From the IMG/VR virus record IMGVR_UViG_3300006098_000001: DNA of 64,000 nucleotides; one strand, written 5' to 3'. The notes beneath the pieces were generated by a model. The model saw only the letters and a program-made list of their open reading frames with translations. It made no database searches and had not been told where the DNA came from. Below are positions 21,234 to 30,782 of the stretch, one piece after another. The translations under genes and the position numbers were made by a program. The stretch is from a virus. Positions within the stretch are counted from its first letter, which is position 1. Each line of letters begins with the position of its first letter.

Positions 21234-22799
21234 TTGGCGAATAGACGCAGAAATATGCGAGGAAAACGACGCACCTATGAGCGAAATATAGCAGCTATCC
21301 GTAGAAGAAATGCTGAATATGCTTCTGTTTTAGCTGATCCAAAAAGTCGGTTTAAGCCAAGTACAAGTGCAGCGACCGAAAAAAGTAATATTAAGAGCTA
21401 CTTACAGAGACCTGCTGATAACTTTGCACAAATAGCGGCAACCTTACGGCAGGCATATTTAAACAGCGGAATTGTAAGCGGTGTCATAGACTATTACGTT
21501 GCTCATCCAACATATAATTATTCAATTTATCCTGTCTTGGGTAATAAGCAATATGCCATTGGTGGCAACATGCAAGAAGATTATATCGATGTGGCATATC
21601 AATTAAATTTATTGAATATAAATTATTGGGCACCAAAATTCTTTAAGGATACCTTGCTAGATGGGGTTACCTTTTATATCAAGATCGAAGATTCTACTGG
21701 AATAGCATATATGAAGCTCCCTCCTGAGTGGTGTCGTATTTCTAATTTAGAAAATGGAGTATATCGATTTAGAATCGACATTTCTAAATTAAAGCAAGAA
21801 CAATACGATGAACTACCTAATGAACTTCAGCAAGCTTACGACAAATATCATGGGAGCGGCATAAGCGACGATGACCAAGATTGGTATGACCGTAAATGGT
21901 ACCTGGTATCAGACGACGGTGTTGCTTTTACTTTTGACCATAATGCTATCAACAATGGTGGAACGGCGGTTTCTCCATTCGCAAGCGTATTGGCAGATAG
22001 TCTTTCCCTAGACGCTGCTAAAGACAATATTGATATAAAAGATAAGCTCGATACAGTACGACTAATTCATTCAAAAATACCAACTGACAGTAATGGGACA
22101 CCATCGTTAGATTTAAAGACAGCTCGTAATTTTGATGATCAAATGAGGTCAAGATTACCAGAAGGTGTTGTTGCTATTACTAGTCCTTCTTCATTGGACA
22201 ACATTCCTTTGAAAGGATCGGGTAATGAAGGAATTTACGATACTGTAAACAATGGATTAGAACAATTATTTTATGACCTGGGTATCAGCTCATCATTATT
22301 TGGTGGGAAAACTACGAGTTCTAACATCGTAAAAGAATCCGTTAAAAAGGACTCCAATTGGATTTATACAAACTTATTTCCGATGTTGGAAGCTTATTAC
22401 AACTTTGAACTTAGCCAGGTAAAAACGAAAAGTAAGATTCCGTGGAACTTGAAGTTCATTAGGGAATCAAACTTCACCTTAAAAGAAGATATTGCTAATT
22501 ATAAAGATCAACTTAGCTACGGTGGTTCAAGACTTGATTATTTGGCTTCTGTTGGATTTACACCAGATCAAATAATCTCTCAATTAACCTTTGAGCAACA
22601 AGCGCTTGATATTGATTCAATTATGGTTGTTAAGCCAACGTCAAATACCATATCAAGCAAAGAAGCCTCGACAGGTAGTGGGAAGACAATAGTTAAATCA
22701 CCTAATAGCAATATAAATAATCCAAATAAAGGCAACGTAGGACGACCAGAAACGGATAATCCAACTGATGACACTGATCGTTTGAGTGATGCCGCATAG
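21234..22799 (+). CDS. portal protein
   Basis: 521-aa ORF immediately after terL; size and position are typical. Confidence 0.6.
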   Translation: MANRRRNMRGKRRTYERNIAAIRRRNAEYASVLADPKSRFKPSTSAATEKSNIKSYLQRPADNFAQIAATLRQAYLNSGIVSGVIDYYVAHPTYNYSIYPVLGNKQYAIGGNMQEDYIDVAYQLNLLNINYWAPKFFKDTLLDGVTFYIKIEDSTGIAYMKLPPEWCRISNLENGVYRFRIDISKLKQEQYDELPNELQQAYDKYHGSGISDDDQDWYDRKWYLVSDDGVAFTFDHNAINNGGTAVSPFASVLADSLSLDAAKDNIDIKDKLDTVRLIHSKIPTDSNGTPSLDLKTARNFDDQMRSRLPEGVVAITSPSSLDNIPLKGSGNEGIYDTVNNGLEQLFYDLGISSSLFGGKTTSSNIVKESVKKDSNWIYTNLFPMLEAYYNFELSQVKTKSKIPWNLKFIRESNFTLKEDIANYKDQLSYGGSRLDYLASVGFTPDQIISQLTFEQQALDIDSIMVVKPTSNTISSKEASTGSGKTIVKSPNSNINNPNKGNVGRPETDNPTDDTDRLSDAA

Positions 22800-22812
22800 G
22801 TGAGGTTAAAAA

Positions 22813-24474
22813 ATGATTGATGTAACTACGGTAAATCTACCGACTCACTTTGAAGAAATTGAGAGTTGTAATGATTCGAGATTTCAAAAGGTGAAAATTT
22901 ATATCGCTCATACCGGAGAGAACTTAAATAAATCGATTTTCTCACGAGAAGTTCTTGAAAATATGATCCCATCTCTTTCACATATTCCAATTTTAGGACT
23001 GATCAGTGAAAAAGATAACGGTGATAAAGATTTTAGAGGTCATGAGAAGAACCTATCGTTGGAAGATGGAAAATTCAAAATTAAGTTTAATACTCATGCG
23101 TATGGGTTTGTTCCAGAAGATAACAACGCTCATTTCGAGATAACTGGCGGTAAAGAATGGCTAGTTACTGATGGTTATCTTTGGACAAGATTTATTGATG
23201 CCATGGAACTCTTCAATGATGCAAGTGGTTCTAAAGGACAGTCAATGGAAGTGGGAGACGTTGAAGGTTATACAGATAATCGAGGAAGATTAGTATTTAC
23301 CAATGCTGTATTTACTGGATTATGTATTCTTGGTGACGATGTACCGCCTGCAATGACTGGCTCAACGGTATCAACAGTATTTAGTAAGCAAGACTTTAAG
23401 TCGAGTTTTGAAGAAATGTTAGCCGAATTCACGGCTGAGAAAGGAGAAAAAGCTTTGGCAACTAAGAAAAAGCAAAATGATGAACCAGCAGTAGCAACAA
23501 CGATTACAGAACCAGAAAGTTCTGCAAGTACTGAACCGGCTAAACCAGCTACGCCTGCCTCATCAGCTAATACCAGTAGCGCTTCTAAACCAGCCGCAGA
23601 ACCTGCAAAAGCAGATGACAAGACAAAGGCTAGTCCTGCTTCACCAGACAGCTCTACATCTGATGATAAGCCATCAACAAGTGATACAAGTGCCGGACCA
23701 GCAAGTGGTGAAAGCAGTGATTCAACTGATGAAAATGCTGAGATGTCTAGTAAGAAGGACGACAAAGATACTAATTTTTTAAACAAAAATGAAAGCGCTT
23801 TCAAAAAGGATGAAGAGGAAGACGAACCCGACTCCGAGGATGCGGAAGATGACAAGGAAGACAAGAATAGGTTCTCCCAATTCGAACTCAGTCTTTCAGA
23901 TCGGGAACGCGCATTGAGCGACGCCGTTCGCCAAAGATACGAAGACGACATTGTTGTAGAAGGAGTTTGGCCGGTAGATATCTTTGAAGATTACGGAATT
24001 TTCAAATTCGTTAACTGGTCTAACGACAACAGACAACTGTTCCGCATCGCATACAGCGTTAATACTGATGACTCAATCAAATTAGGTGATAAAACAGAGA
24101 TTTTCTCAATGTATGTCACTCAAGAAGAGAAAAACAAGATTGAGGACAATCGGGCGAAATTAGCTGATTTAGAAACTAAGATCGCTGAACTTACTGAGTA
24201 CAAGAACAACATTGAAATGTCTAAGAAAGAGAAGGCATTGGACGAGGTTAAGGCTTCATTAACAGCTGAACAAATGAAGAATATCCGGGGCAAGTTTACA
24301 GAAATGTCTGTAGAAGACGTTGAACGAGAAATTGCCTACGCGATGTACTCAGCTAATAAACAAGAATTTACACACTCCAAGCGTGGAGGGGTTCGGACCA
24401 CGAATTTCAACGCTAAGCAAGAGAGTGATTTTGGCTATGGAACGGCAGATGACCTGTTCCGTAAACGATATTAA
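22813..24474 (+). CDS. scaffolding or protease-scaffold fusion protein
   Basis: Sits between the portal and capsid genes. Globular N-domain, long P/A/S/D/E-rich linker, C-terminal coiled coil (KLADLETKIAELTEYKNN). Confidence 0.45.
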   Translation: MIDVTTVNLPTHFEEIESCNDSRFQKVKIYIAHTGENLNKSIFSREVLENMIPSLSHIPILGLISEKDNGDKDFRGHEKNLSLEDGKFKIKFNTHAYGFVPEDNNAHFEITGGKEWLVTDGYLWTRFIDAMELFNDASGSKGQSMEVGDVEGYTDNRGRLVFTNAVFTGLCILGDDVPPAMTGSTVSTVFSKQDFKSSFEEMLAEFTAEKGEKALATKKKQNDEPAVATTITEPESSASTEPAKPATPASSANTSSASKPAAEPAKADDKTKASPASPDSSTSDDKPSTSDTSAGPASGESSDSTDENAEMSSKKDDKDTNFLNKNESAFKKDEEEDEPDSEDAEDDKEDKNRFSQFELSLSDRERALSDAVRQRYEDDIVVEGVWPVDIFEDYGIFKFVNWSNDNRQLFRIAYSVNTDDSIKLGDKTEIFSMYVTQEEKNKIEDNRAKLADLETKIAELTEYKNNIEMSKKEKALDEVKASLTAEQMKNIRGKFTEMSVEDVEREIAYAMYSANKQEFTHSKRGGVRTTNFNAKQESDFGYGTADDLFRKRY

Positions 24475-24499
24475 TCAAATGAGAGAAAGAGGTTAAAGA

Positions 24500-24940
24500 A
24501 TGGCTGAAGTTATTTTAGACAAGATTAGTGCTACTGCGCATATTGATAGCGTTGTGGCCGAAGAAGATCTAAAGAACGGTCAATGGTTAACTTTGGGCCT
24601 TCTTGATGCAGACGGTGAACGTCGTTTAGCAACAAAGGCAGCAAAGGAAGAAGAAGCAGATGTACTTCTTGTAACTAGTTTTACTAAGTATGACCCTAAC
24701 ACAGATTTCGCAGATTACGTAACTAAGAGAGGTCAAACAGGACGTGGATTCCACATGATTTCTGGTGACGTTATCTCTGTAACTAAGGATTTAGTTGCTG
24801 GAGCTAAGAAGGGTGACAGCCTAACCATTGGTGACGATGGATTAGGTTTCAAGAAGGCAGAAGGTCGCGGTATCGCTCAAATTATTGGCGAAGAAAATCA
24901 AGGCTTTTACGGCGACATGTTTGTGATCGCAATTCGCTAA
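24500..24940 (+). CDS. head morphogenesis protein (possible decoration protein)
   Basis: 146-aa ORF directly upstream of the capsid gene. Confidence 0.5.
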   Translation: MAEVILDKISATAHIDSVVAEEDLKNGQWLTLGLLDADGERRLATKAAKEEEADVLLVTSFTKYDPNTDFADYVTKRGQTGRGFHMISGDVISVTKDLVAGAKKGDSLTIGDDGLGFKKAEGRGIAQIIGEENQGFYGDMFVIAIR

Positions 24941-24960
24941 TAAGGAAACGAGGTAAATTA

Positions 24961-25944
24961 ATGGAAAAGAATGATTTTATGAAATTTGCTCGCGACCTCT
25001 ACTTCCACAAGGAATTTACAAAAGGCGAAGTTTCAGGTCAAGAAGCAATGCGTAACGCTATTTTAGATGCTCTTGGTGGCGAATTTACCCCAACTTCATG
25101 GGGCAAGAATAAATACGATGTTTTCGAATTGATTTCAGAAGCAGTTGATGCTGTTGTTCCACGTTTGTTAACTGATCAATTTGCAAACATTGCCGATGTT
25201 CGGACAGTTGCACTTGGTGAAAAACCAATTTTCCAAGTGAAAGATCCAAAGGCTATTCGAGTTGGTCGTGTAGCTGCTGGTGACCAAGACATTCGTCGGC
25301 AAACAATTAAGGATACTCATTACTCAATTGAAACAGAAGACTTTGGTGCATCTGTATATACAGAACTTCATCAATTCATGACTGGAACAGTTGATTGGAG
25401 CGACTTAATTGATCGGGTTGCGCAAGCTTTTACCAACCACATTCAAGCAACTATTGCAGAAGCCTTAAATGATAGTTACTCATTGCTTGACGCAACTGAC
25501 AAGATTACTGGTAAAGCAACTCTTGATCAAATTGTTAAGTTAGCAGAACGAATTCAAGTTAAGTCTAACAGTAATGTAGAAGTTTACGGCACTAAGGCTG
25601 CTTTAAGTAAATTAGCAGAAATGGCTAATGTGAACCTTTACTCAGGATCAATGAAAGATGAATTAAATCAAAAGGGCTACCTAGGTGTTGTGCGTGGCTT
25701 GAAGTTAAATGAAATTCCACAGGCATTTAAGGTTAATAAAGATGAGTTTGCCCTTGACGACAACAAGCTTTTGATCCTTCCAGAAGGTGAAAAGATTGTT
25801 GGTGTAGTCATGGAAGGTGACGCTATTACAGTTGAACCAGATTACACAGGACGTAATGATTTACAAATGGGCTTTAAGACGATCGAACGGATTGGAATTA
25901 TGGCTCTTCAAATGAAAGTGTACGGTATGGCCGACTTAGGCTAA
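24961..25944 (+). CDS. major capsid protein
   Basis: 327 aa with a strong RBS; position after the scaffold. Followed by a conserved RNA hairpin, as is the major tail gene. Confidence 0.6.
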   Translation: MEKNDFMKFARDLYFHKEFTKGEVSGQEAMRNAILDALGGEFTPTSWGKNKYDVFELISEAVDAVVPRLLTDQFANIADVRTVALGEKPIFQVKDPKAIRVGRVAAGDQDIRRQTIKDTHYSIETEDFGASVYTELHQFMTGTVDWSDLIDRVAQAFTNHIQATIAEALNDSYSLLDATDKITGKATLDQIVKLAERIQVKSNSNVEVYGTKAALSKLAEMANVNLYSGSMKDELNQKGYLGVVRGLKLNEIPQAFKVNKDEFALDDNKLLILPEGEKIVGVVMEGDAITVEPDYTGRNDLQMGFKTIERIGIMALQMKVYGMADLG

Positions 25945-25950
25945 TCGTTT

Positions 25951-25981
25951 AGCTGAATGGGGTTCGACTCCCTATTTAGTT
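25951..25981 (+). other. tRNA-like acceptor/T-arm minihelix, copy 1
   Basis: 12-bp stem (3 G-U pairs) with the 7-nt loop TTCGACT, 7 nt after the capsid stop. About 85 percent identical to 30639-30669. Confidence 0.55.
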
Positions 25982-26014
25982 GTAGTGACTAAGTACGAGA
26001 GAGAGGTTTTGAGA

Positions 26015-26578
26015 ATGTCACGTGAACAAAAGCGCCGGAAGCGCAAAATTATTGACCCCTCAACCGAAATAGTAGTGGCAAATAATACATATGGAATATT
26101 TGCTTATGAATCAAATAATGGGGCCCTTTCTTTTGTTTTGGAAGAAAACGGTGATGAAGAATATATCACATATGCCGAAGCAAGAAAGTTAAAGAAATAC
26201 TTTGAAAATATGTCTTTATTAATAATTGACGTCAACTCCGAGGAAGACATTTCAATTATGGATGTAGTTCGTGGATTGAGATTAACTGATGTTTATAAAT
26301 CATATCTTGAGCTAGTTGAAGGTTTCGAAGAAGACGAGTTTGACGAAGTAGAAGCGTTATATGCAGAGGCATTAGCAGATTTCTGCTTAGACTCTGAACT
26401 TGACGACTTCAAGAAGGCATTAAAAACACCTTTAAGAAACGCAGTTATTATGACGACTGTTGAAATGTATAAGCAACGGCGGTTATCTGATCGTGATAAA
26501 CAAGACCTTGTAAATACCAGAGGTGAAGACTTCTGGGCCGATATTGATGTATCGGTTCGTGCAGCAGAAGGTCGCTAA
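26015..26578 (+). CDS. hypothetical head-associated protein
   Basis: Track ORF 25985..26578; the ATG at 26015 after GAGAGG is the likelier start. Confidence 0.55.
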   Translation: MSREQKRRKRKIIDPSTEIVVANNTYGIFAYESNNGALSFVLEENGDEEYITYAEARKLKKYFENMSLLIIDVNSEEDISIMDVVRGLRLTDVYKSYLELVEGFEEDEFDEVEALYAEALADFCLDSELDDFKKALKTPLRNAVIMTTVEMYKQRRLSDRDKQDLVNTRGEDFWADIDVSVRAAEGR

Positions 26579-26603
26579 ATCTTGTTTGGAAGGGGAATCT
26601 TTC

Positions 26604-27062
26604 ATGGCAAATGAGAGCAATGACCCGAAATATACATATTATGAAGAAGTCTATAAGGCGTTCTTGAATACTGTTGATTCATATGATCTTCCACGATTGG
26701 ATGATGATGAATTGGCAGATGTCCTTTACGGGTATATGGACGCGGGTCGTTTGATGTTTAGCACTTATATTGCTAAAGATTTCATGGATGATGACCCAGA
26801 AAATAAGCGTTTCAACTTTAAGATGACCAGGATTGAGATCACTCTTTTAGCCCAAGCAATGAAACTTGAATGGGTTAGGGAACACTTGAATTCCGAAGAA
26901 TTGATGAGAAAAGCAATCGGTGACCGAGATTACACAACAGTGCAAGGTTATCAGTATATCGACAGATTGCAAAATATGGAAAAGCAATTGAGCCGTGAAA
27001 TTACTGCGCAAATCAATCGTTTGGAATATTCAAATTCAGAGCTCTATGGAGAAATGAAATGA
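26604..27062 (+). CDS. head-tail connector/adaptor candidate
   Basis: Track ORF 26523..27062; the ATG at 26604 after GAAGGGGA avoids overlap with the previous gene. Confidence 0.5.
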   Translation: MANESNDPKYTYYEEVYKAFLNTVDSYDLPRLDDDELADVLYGYMDAGRLMFSTYIAKDFMDDDPENKRFNFKMTRIEITLLAQAMKLEWVREHLNSEELMRKAIGDRDYTTVQGYQYIDRLQNMEKQLSREITAQINRLEYSNSELYGEMK

Positions 27063-28120
27063 GTAGTTTTTCAACATCTTATCGTAGAAAACAAAAAGTC
27101 CTCGGAGATAACAGGGTTACAAGAAATTATAACCGTCGACTTGAGGAATTTAATTTGTTCTATCGGGATACGTTGACAAGGCATGATTGTGTAATTGATG
27201 GTGTCCCAACGCAGGCGGTCTTTCAAGATCATTCACAAAGTAACAATAAAGATTTGTCTGATGACAAGTACGTTGTTGTCCCAAATTCAGTTGAAGTTGG
27301 TGTGGGCTCATATATTGAATGGGCGGACGAAACATGGATGGTTTTTACAGAAGAATATAAGACCATTCCCACCCATCAACAATTAAAGATAAAGCATACG
27401 AATAGACGGCTTAAGTGGTTGACGAACAAGAACAGTAAGCTGATTTGCAACTTTGGGAAAGGTTGGCCTGCTTATGTACAGAACCAGACGCTTTATACAT
27501 TAGGGGTGTCATTCGCAGGACAAAATATCGCATTAGCGAATGCAAAGATGTCTGTCTATATCAAAGATATTCCTGAAACGCGTGCAGTTAAGGTTGGGAC
27601 CAGATTATGGATAGCTGGGCAAGTCTATAAGGTTGAATTCGCTGACTACGTATCAAGACCGGGATTAGTTAACTGGTTATTAGACGAAGATACAAAGAAT
27701 CCGGAAACCGATAATTCTGACTTAGAAATAGCTGATTATTGGAATTCTGGAGGTAAAGACGAAGATGATTCCATAAAAGACGTATCTAAGTCGACTGTGC
27801 CTACAAACGGCTCTGGCAGCAGCCATTCTGAGGACGAAAAGCCGAAAGCTGAATGGAACATCGAAGGAACAATTAAAGCTCGCCTAGGGCATACCTATGT
27901 CTATACAGCGATGAATTCTGATGGAACTAAGGCAGATGTCTCCGAATGGATGATTGGAACCCTTGAAGACTCTCCATTTTATGTAAAAGAAAAAGATAAT
28001 CATAGCATTACTGTGACCGTGAAAGACATCTATAAGCTAGTTGGACAAACAGTAACAATCACAGCAAAAGCCAATGACGAAATAAAAAATATTGCAATAA
28101 AAATTATAAAGAAGTTCTAG
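27059..28120 (+). CDS. neck/head-closure protein with C-terminal Ig-like domain
   Basis: Start overlaps the upstream stop (ATGA). The last ~90 aa look like a Big_2-type domain. Confidence 0.45.
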   Translation: MSSFSTSYRRKQKVLGDNRVTRNYNRRLEEFNLFYRDTLTRHDCVIDGVPTQAVFQDHSQSNNKDLSDDKYVVVPNSVEVGVGSYIEWADETWMVFTEEYKTIPTHQQLKIKHTNRRLKWLTNKNSKLICNFGKGWPAYVQNQTLYTLGVSFAGQNIALANAKMSVYIKDIPETRAVKVGTRLWIAGQVYKVEFADYVSRPGLVNWLLDEDTKNPETDNSDLEIADYWNSGGKDEDDSIKDVSKSTVPTNGSGSSHSEDEKPKAEWNIEGTIKARLGHTYVYTAMNSDGTKADVSEWMIGTLEDSPFYVKEKDNHSITVTVKDIYKLVGQTVTITAKANDEIKNIAIKIIKKF

Positions 28121-28123
28121 GGA

Positions 28124-28687
28124 GTGAATGAGAGAGTGCCCGCAAAGGAAATTACAAATGAGGCTCCAAAACATGTGTCTTCAGTTATGAAGATTAGTGA
28201 GTGGAAACAGCAAATGATGGAAACAATGGCAATGGATGATGATTTAGCAAAATTACTTTATTATGACTCATCTGATGCATTAAGCCGTCCTGATTTAACC
28301 GAGGAGCAAAAATATGAACTGGTAACAGAGGGAGAAGAAAAGCGTCGGATTTATCCAACAAGATATAAGCCTGGGGTCGTTATGGACCAGCAATCATTTA
28401 TTGGTATGGCAATTTCTAATTTCTCATTTCCAGAAATTCATTATCACGTAGATAGTGATTTCGTGATGGGGTACTTATACTTCTTTATCCTTGTTGATAA
28501 CAAAATTATGGATATCGATGAAGGACAAAGGCAAGATCAAATACTCGCTAGAATTTATGACTTATTCTCCGATTCTAGAAGATACGGAATCGGGACTGTA
28601 AAAATTGGCCAACTTTCCGAATTATGGGAGCAAAACAATAAGTTTGGCGGCTACCAACTAATGATGAGAGTATACGACTTTAAGTAA
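28124..28687 (+). CDS. head-tail joining protein candidate
   Basis: Track ORF in the structural operon. Confidence 0.45.
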   Translation: MNERVPAKEITNEAPKHVSSVMKISEWKQQMMETMAMDDDLAKLLYYDSSDALSRPDLTEEQKYELVTEGEEKRRIYPTRYKPGVVMDQQSFIGMAISNFSFPEIHYHVDSDFVMGYLYFFILVDNKIMDIDEGQRQDQILARIYDLFSDSRRYGIGTVKIGQLSELWEQNNKFGGYQLMMRVYDFK

Positions 28688-28699
28688 AGGACGTCTGCT

Positions 28700-29503
28700 A
28701 TGAGAATTAACTATTCTTACGTGATTCTCGGGAAAGATATACCCATAAACGATAAGGTAACTTTTCATATTCCCACAATTGGCGAACTAGCAGAAGCAGA
28801 AAACAATGACTTTAGTGATTGTACTCGTGTTTTTGTAACAGGGGTTCGGGAACAATTTAGTGGTGTTCCTGAGCAGGTTGATCTGATAGAAGAAAGATTC
28901 CCGTCTCTATGGGATATGGCTTTTGACGATGAAATGAATGACCTTGTTGGAGAGGCCATGTTTGGTAAGGGCGCTACTTTATTACGACAATTTTTGAAAG
29001 CGATTTCGTACTGGACTAGGACGAAAGAAGAACAGTACAAAATCCTGAGTAATAAAAAGATCGTAAGCGAAGAACTGGATTGGATTATCGACAGGGAAAC
29101 ATACATTGACCTATCCAACCTAATCAAAGCAGTTACTTTGTCAAAGCCCAATAGGGATTTGATTGCACCCAAGGGTGTGGGAAGTAATCCGAGAAAGATT
29201 CAAATGTGGAAAAACACATACAAAGGTCGATTACAACAAGCCATGAAAAGAAAAGGAACGGAATTAGGAGATCAAATCCTTCAGCTAGAAGTATTTGCGC
29301 CTGGATACATTAGCTTTGCTGATATTCAAGGTATGACCTACTACCAGTTTTCAAATCTTTTATCTGCTTACACCGCTAAGTATTCATCAGAAAAACAGTA
29401 TCAGATTTACACATCAGAAAAGTTCGATACGAAAGATATGAAGATGCCTGATCTAAACGAAGAAATAAAACTAATCAAATTTGATGAAAAAAATAAAGAC
29501 TAA
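28700..29503 (+). CDS. tail completion/terminator-type protein candidate
   Basis: Track ORF directly upstream of the major tail gene. Confidence 0.4.
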   Translation: MRINYSYVILGKDIPINDKVTFHIPTIGELAEAENNDFSDCTRVFVTGVREQFSGVPEQVDLIEERFPSLWDMAFDDEMNDLVGEAMFGKGATLLRQFLKAISYWTRTKEEQYKILSNKKIVSEELDWIIDRETYIDLSNLIKAVTLSKPNRDLIAPKGVGSNPRKIQMWKNTYKGRLQQAMKRKGTELGDQILQLEVFAPGYISFADIQGMTYYQFSNLLSAYTAKYSSEKQYQIYTSEKFDTKDMKMPDLNEEIKLIKFDEKNKD

Positions 29504-29526
29504 ATACGAAAGGAGACATTGATTAT

Positions 29527-30633
29527 ATGTCTACTTATGGTTTGAAGGATGCGTCAAATATCACATTTGTAAAGCGTGGTACTACTACTCCCGTTTTATA
29601 CATTGATTACGCAAACCAAACAAATACTCAATGGCAATCTAACCGTGTATATGCCAAGAAGAAGGGTACACAAGCAATTGCATGGGACTCTGCACGGACT
29701 GGTAAGTTAACCATTCAAACTGAAATGTTTGATCTTCGGCTCTTAGCAATGATGGCCGGTGATGATGACTTACATAAGGGAACAAACACTATCTTTAAGC
29801 GAAAAGTATTCCAATTACGAGGAGATCGCTTAATTGATTTAGGCGCAAAGCCAGTTGAAGGTTCTGTATCTGTGTTCCGTGTAGACGACAAGGATAAGCG
29901 TGAACACATTACTGAAATCCCTATGTTAGTTTCTGGAGACGCTGGTTCAGTTCCACAAATGGTAACTGATGTTGCTGTTTCTGCCAAGGATACAACTGCA
30001 ACAATTACTTGGAGTTCTACAGCCAATGCAACTAGTTATGTTGTTTACCGAAATGGAGTAGCTACTGGATACCCTGTTGGTACTTCATTTAACGACTCAA
30101 ACTTAACTCCTGAAACAGAATACAAGTACACAGTTGTTGCTAAGAATGAGGCAGGACAATCAGTTCAATCTGCTGAAGTAGTTATTACTACTGCTACATC
30201 AGGTACTAAAGAGGCCGGCGCTGCTGTTAAGGCAACTGAAGATGCAATCAAGAAGGCACAAGAAAATGCTAGTGGGGCCAACTTAAATGGCTTGTACTTC
30301 AAGATGACTGATGGTGGAAACGGAATTCAACTTTCTGATGAAGCCGTTGTCGGTGCTGCTTACGCAGTGTACTACGTTGTAAAGCAAGACGGTGTATCTT
30401 CCTACACTATCAATGCACTTAAGTTTGCAACTAACTACGAAATTTACGCCGATGCCGTAATTCGTTCCCAAGACGGTGAAGATAAGTTTGCGCAAATTCA
30501 CTTTACTAATGTAAAGCCCGCTGCAAATGTAACATTCAACCAAAACTCAGAACAAGTAACTTCCCTTTCATTAGAATTTGACTTGTTAGCTGATGAAAAT
30601 AACGACCAAGCTATTTACGAATACATCGAATAG
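29527..30633 (+). CDS. major tail protein with internal fibronectin type III-like domain
   Basis: Position. The segment TATITWSSTANATSYVVYRNG...EYKYTVVAKNEAGQS is a typical FN3 signature. Confidence 0.55.
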   Translation: MSTYGLKDASNITFVKRGTTTPVLYIDYANQTNTQWQSNRVYAKKKGTQAIAWDSARTGKLTIQTEMFDLRLLAMMAGDDDLHKGTNTIFKRKVFQLRGDRLIDLGAKPVEGSVSVFRVDDKDKREHITEIPMLVSGDAGSVPQMVTDVAVSAKDTTATITWSSTANATSYVVYRNGVATGYPVGTSFNDSNLTPETEYKYTVVAKNEAGQSVQSAEVVITTATSGTKEAGAAVKATEDAIKKAQENASGANLNGLYFKMTDGGNGIQLSDEAVVGAAYAVYYVVKQDGVSSYTINALKFATNYEIYADAVIRSQDGEDKFAQIHFTNVKPAANVTFNQNSEQVTSLSLEFDLLADENNDQAIYEYIE

Positions 30634-30638
30634 CTATT

Positions 30639-30669
30639 AGCTGGATGGGGTTCGACTCCCCATTCAGCT
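30639..30669 (+). other. tRNA-like acceptor/T-arm minihelix, copy 2
   Basis: Continuous 12-bp stem AGCTGGATGGGG/CCCCATTCAGCT with T-loop TTCGACT, 6 nt after the tail gene stop. Confidence 0.6.
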
Positions 30670-30722
30670 TTCAACTAAGTAGATTAAATTAATCCATTTA
30701 TACGGTTATGAATGGACAGAAA

Positions 30723-30748
30723 GTCCGAAACCTCGGGCTTTATTTTTT
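30723..30748 (+). terminator. rho-independent terminator
   Basis: GTCCGA/TCGGGC stem followed by TTTATTTTTT. Confidence 0.55.
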
Positions 30749-30782
30749 CAAGAATTTATAGATTTTACAAAAAGGGGAATCG

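Noticed and set aside
23268-23951. 227-aa minus-strand ORF rich in Ser/Leu/Ala
   Set aside because: It is antisense to the low-complexity P/A/S/D/E linker of the scaffold-like gene 22813..24474. The open frame is a by-product of the biased codons opposite, and there is no RBS.
25951-25981. Possible tRNA genes at 25951 and 30639 (GGTTCGACTCC T-loop)
   Set aside because: Only the acceptor plus T-arm equivalent is present. There is no room for D or anticodon arms, so they are not tRNA genes. They are kept as tRNA-like minihelices.
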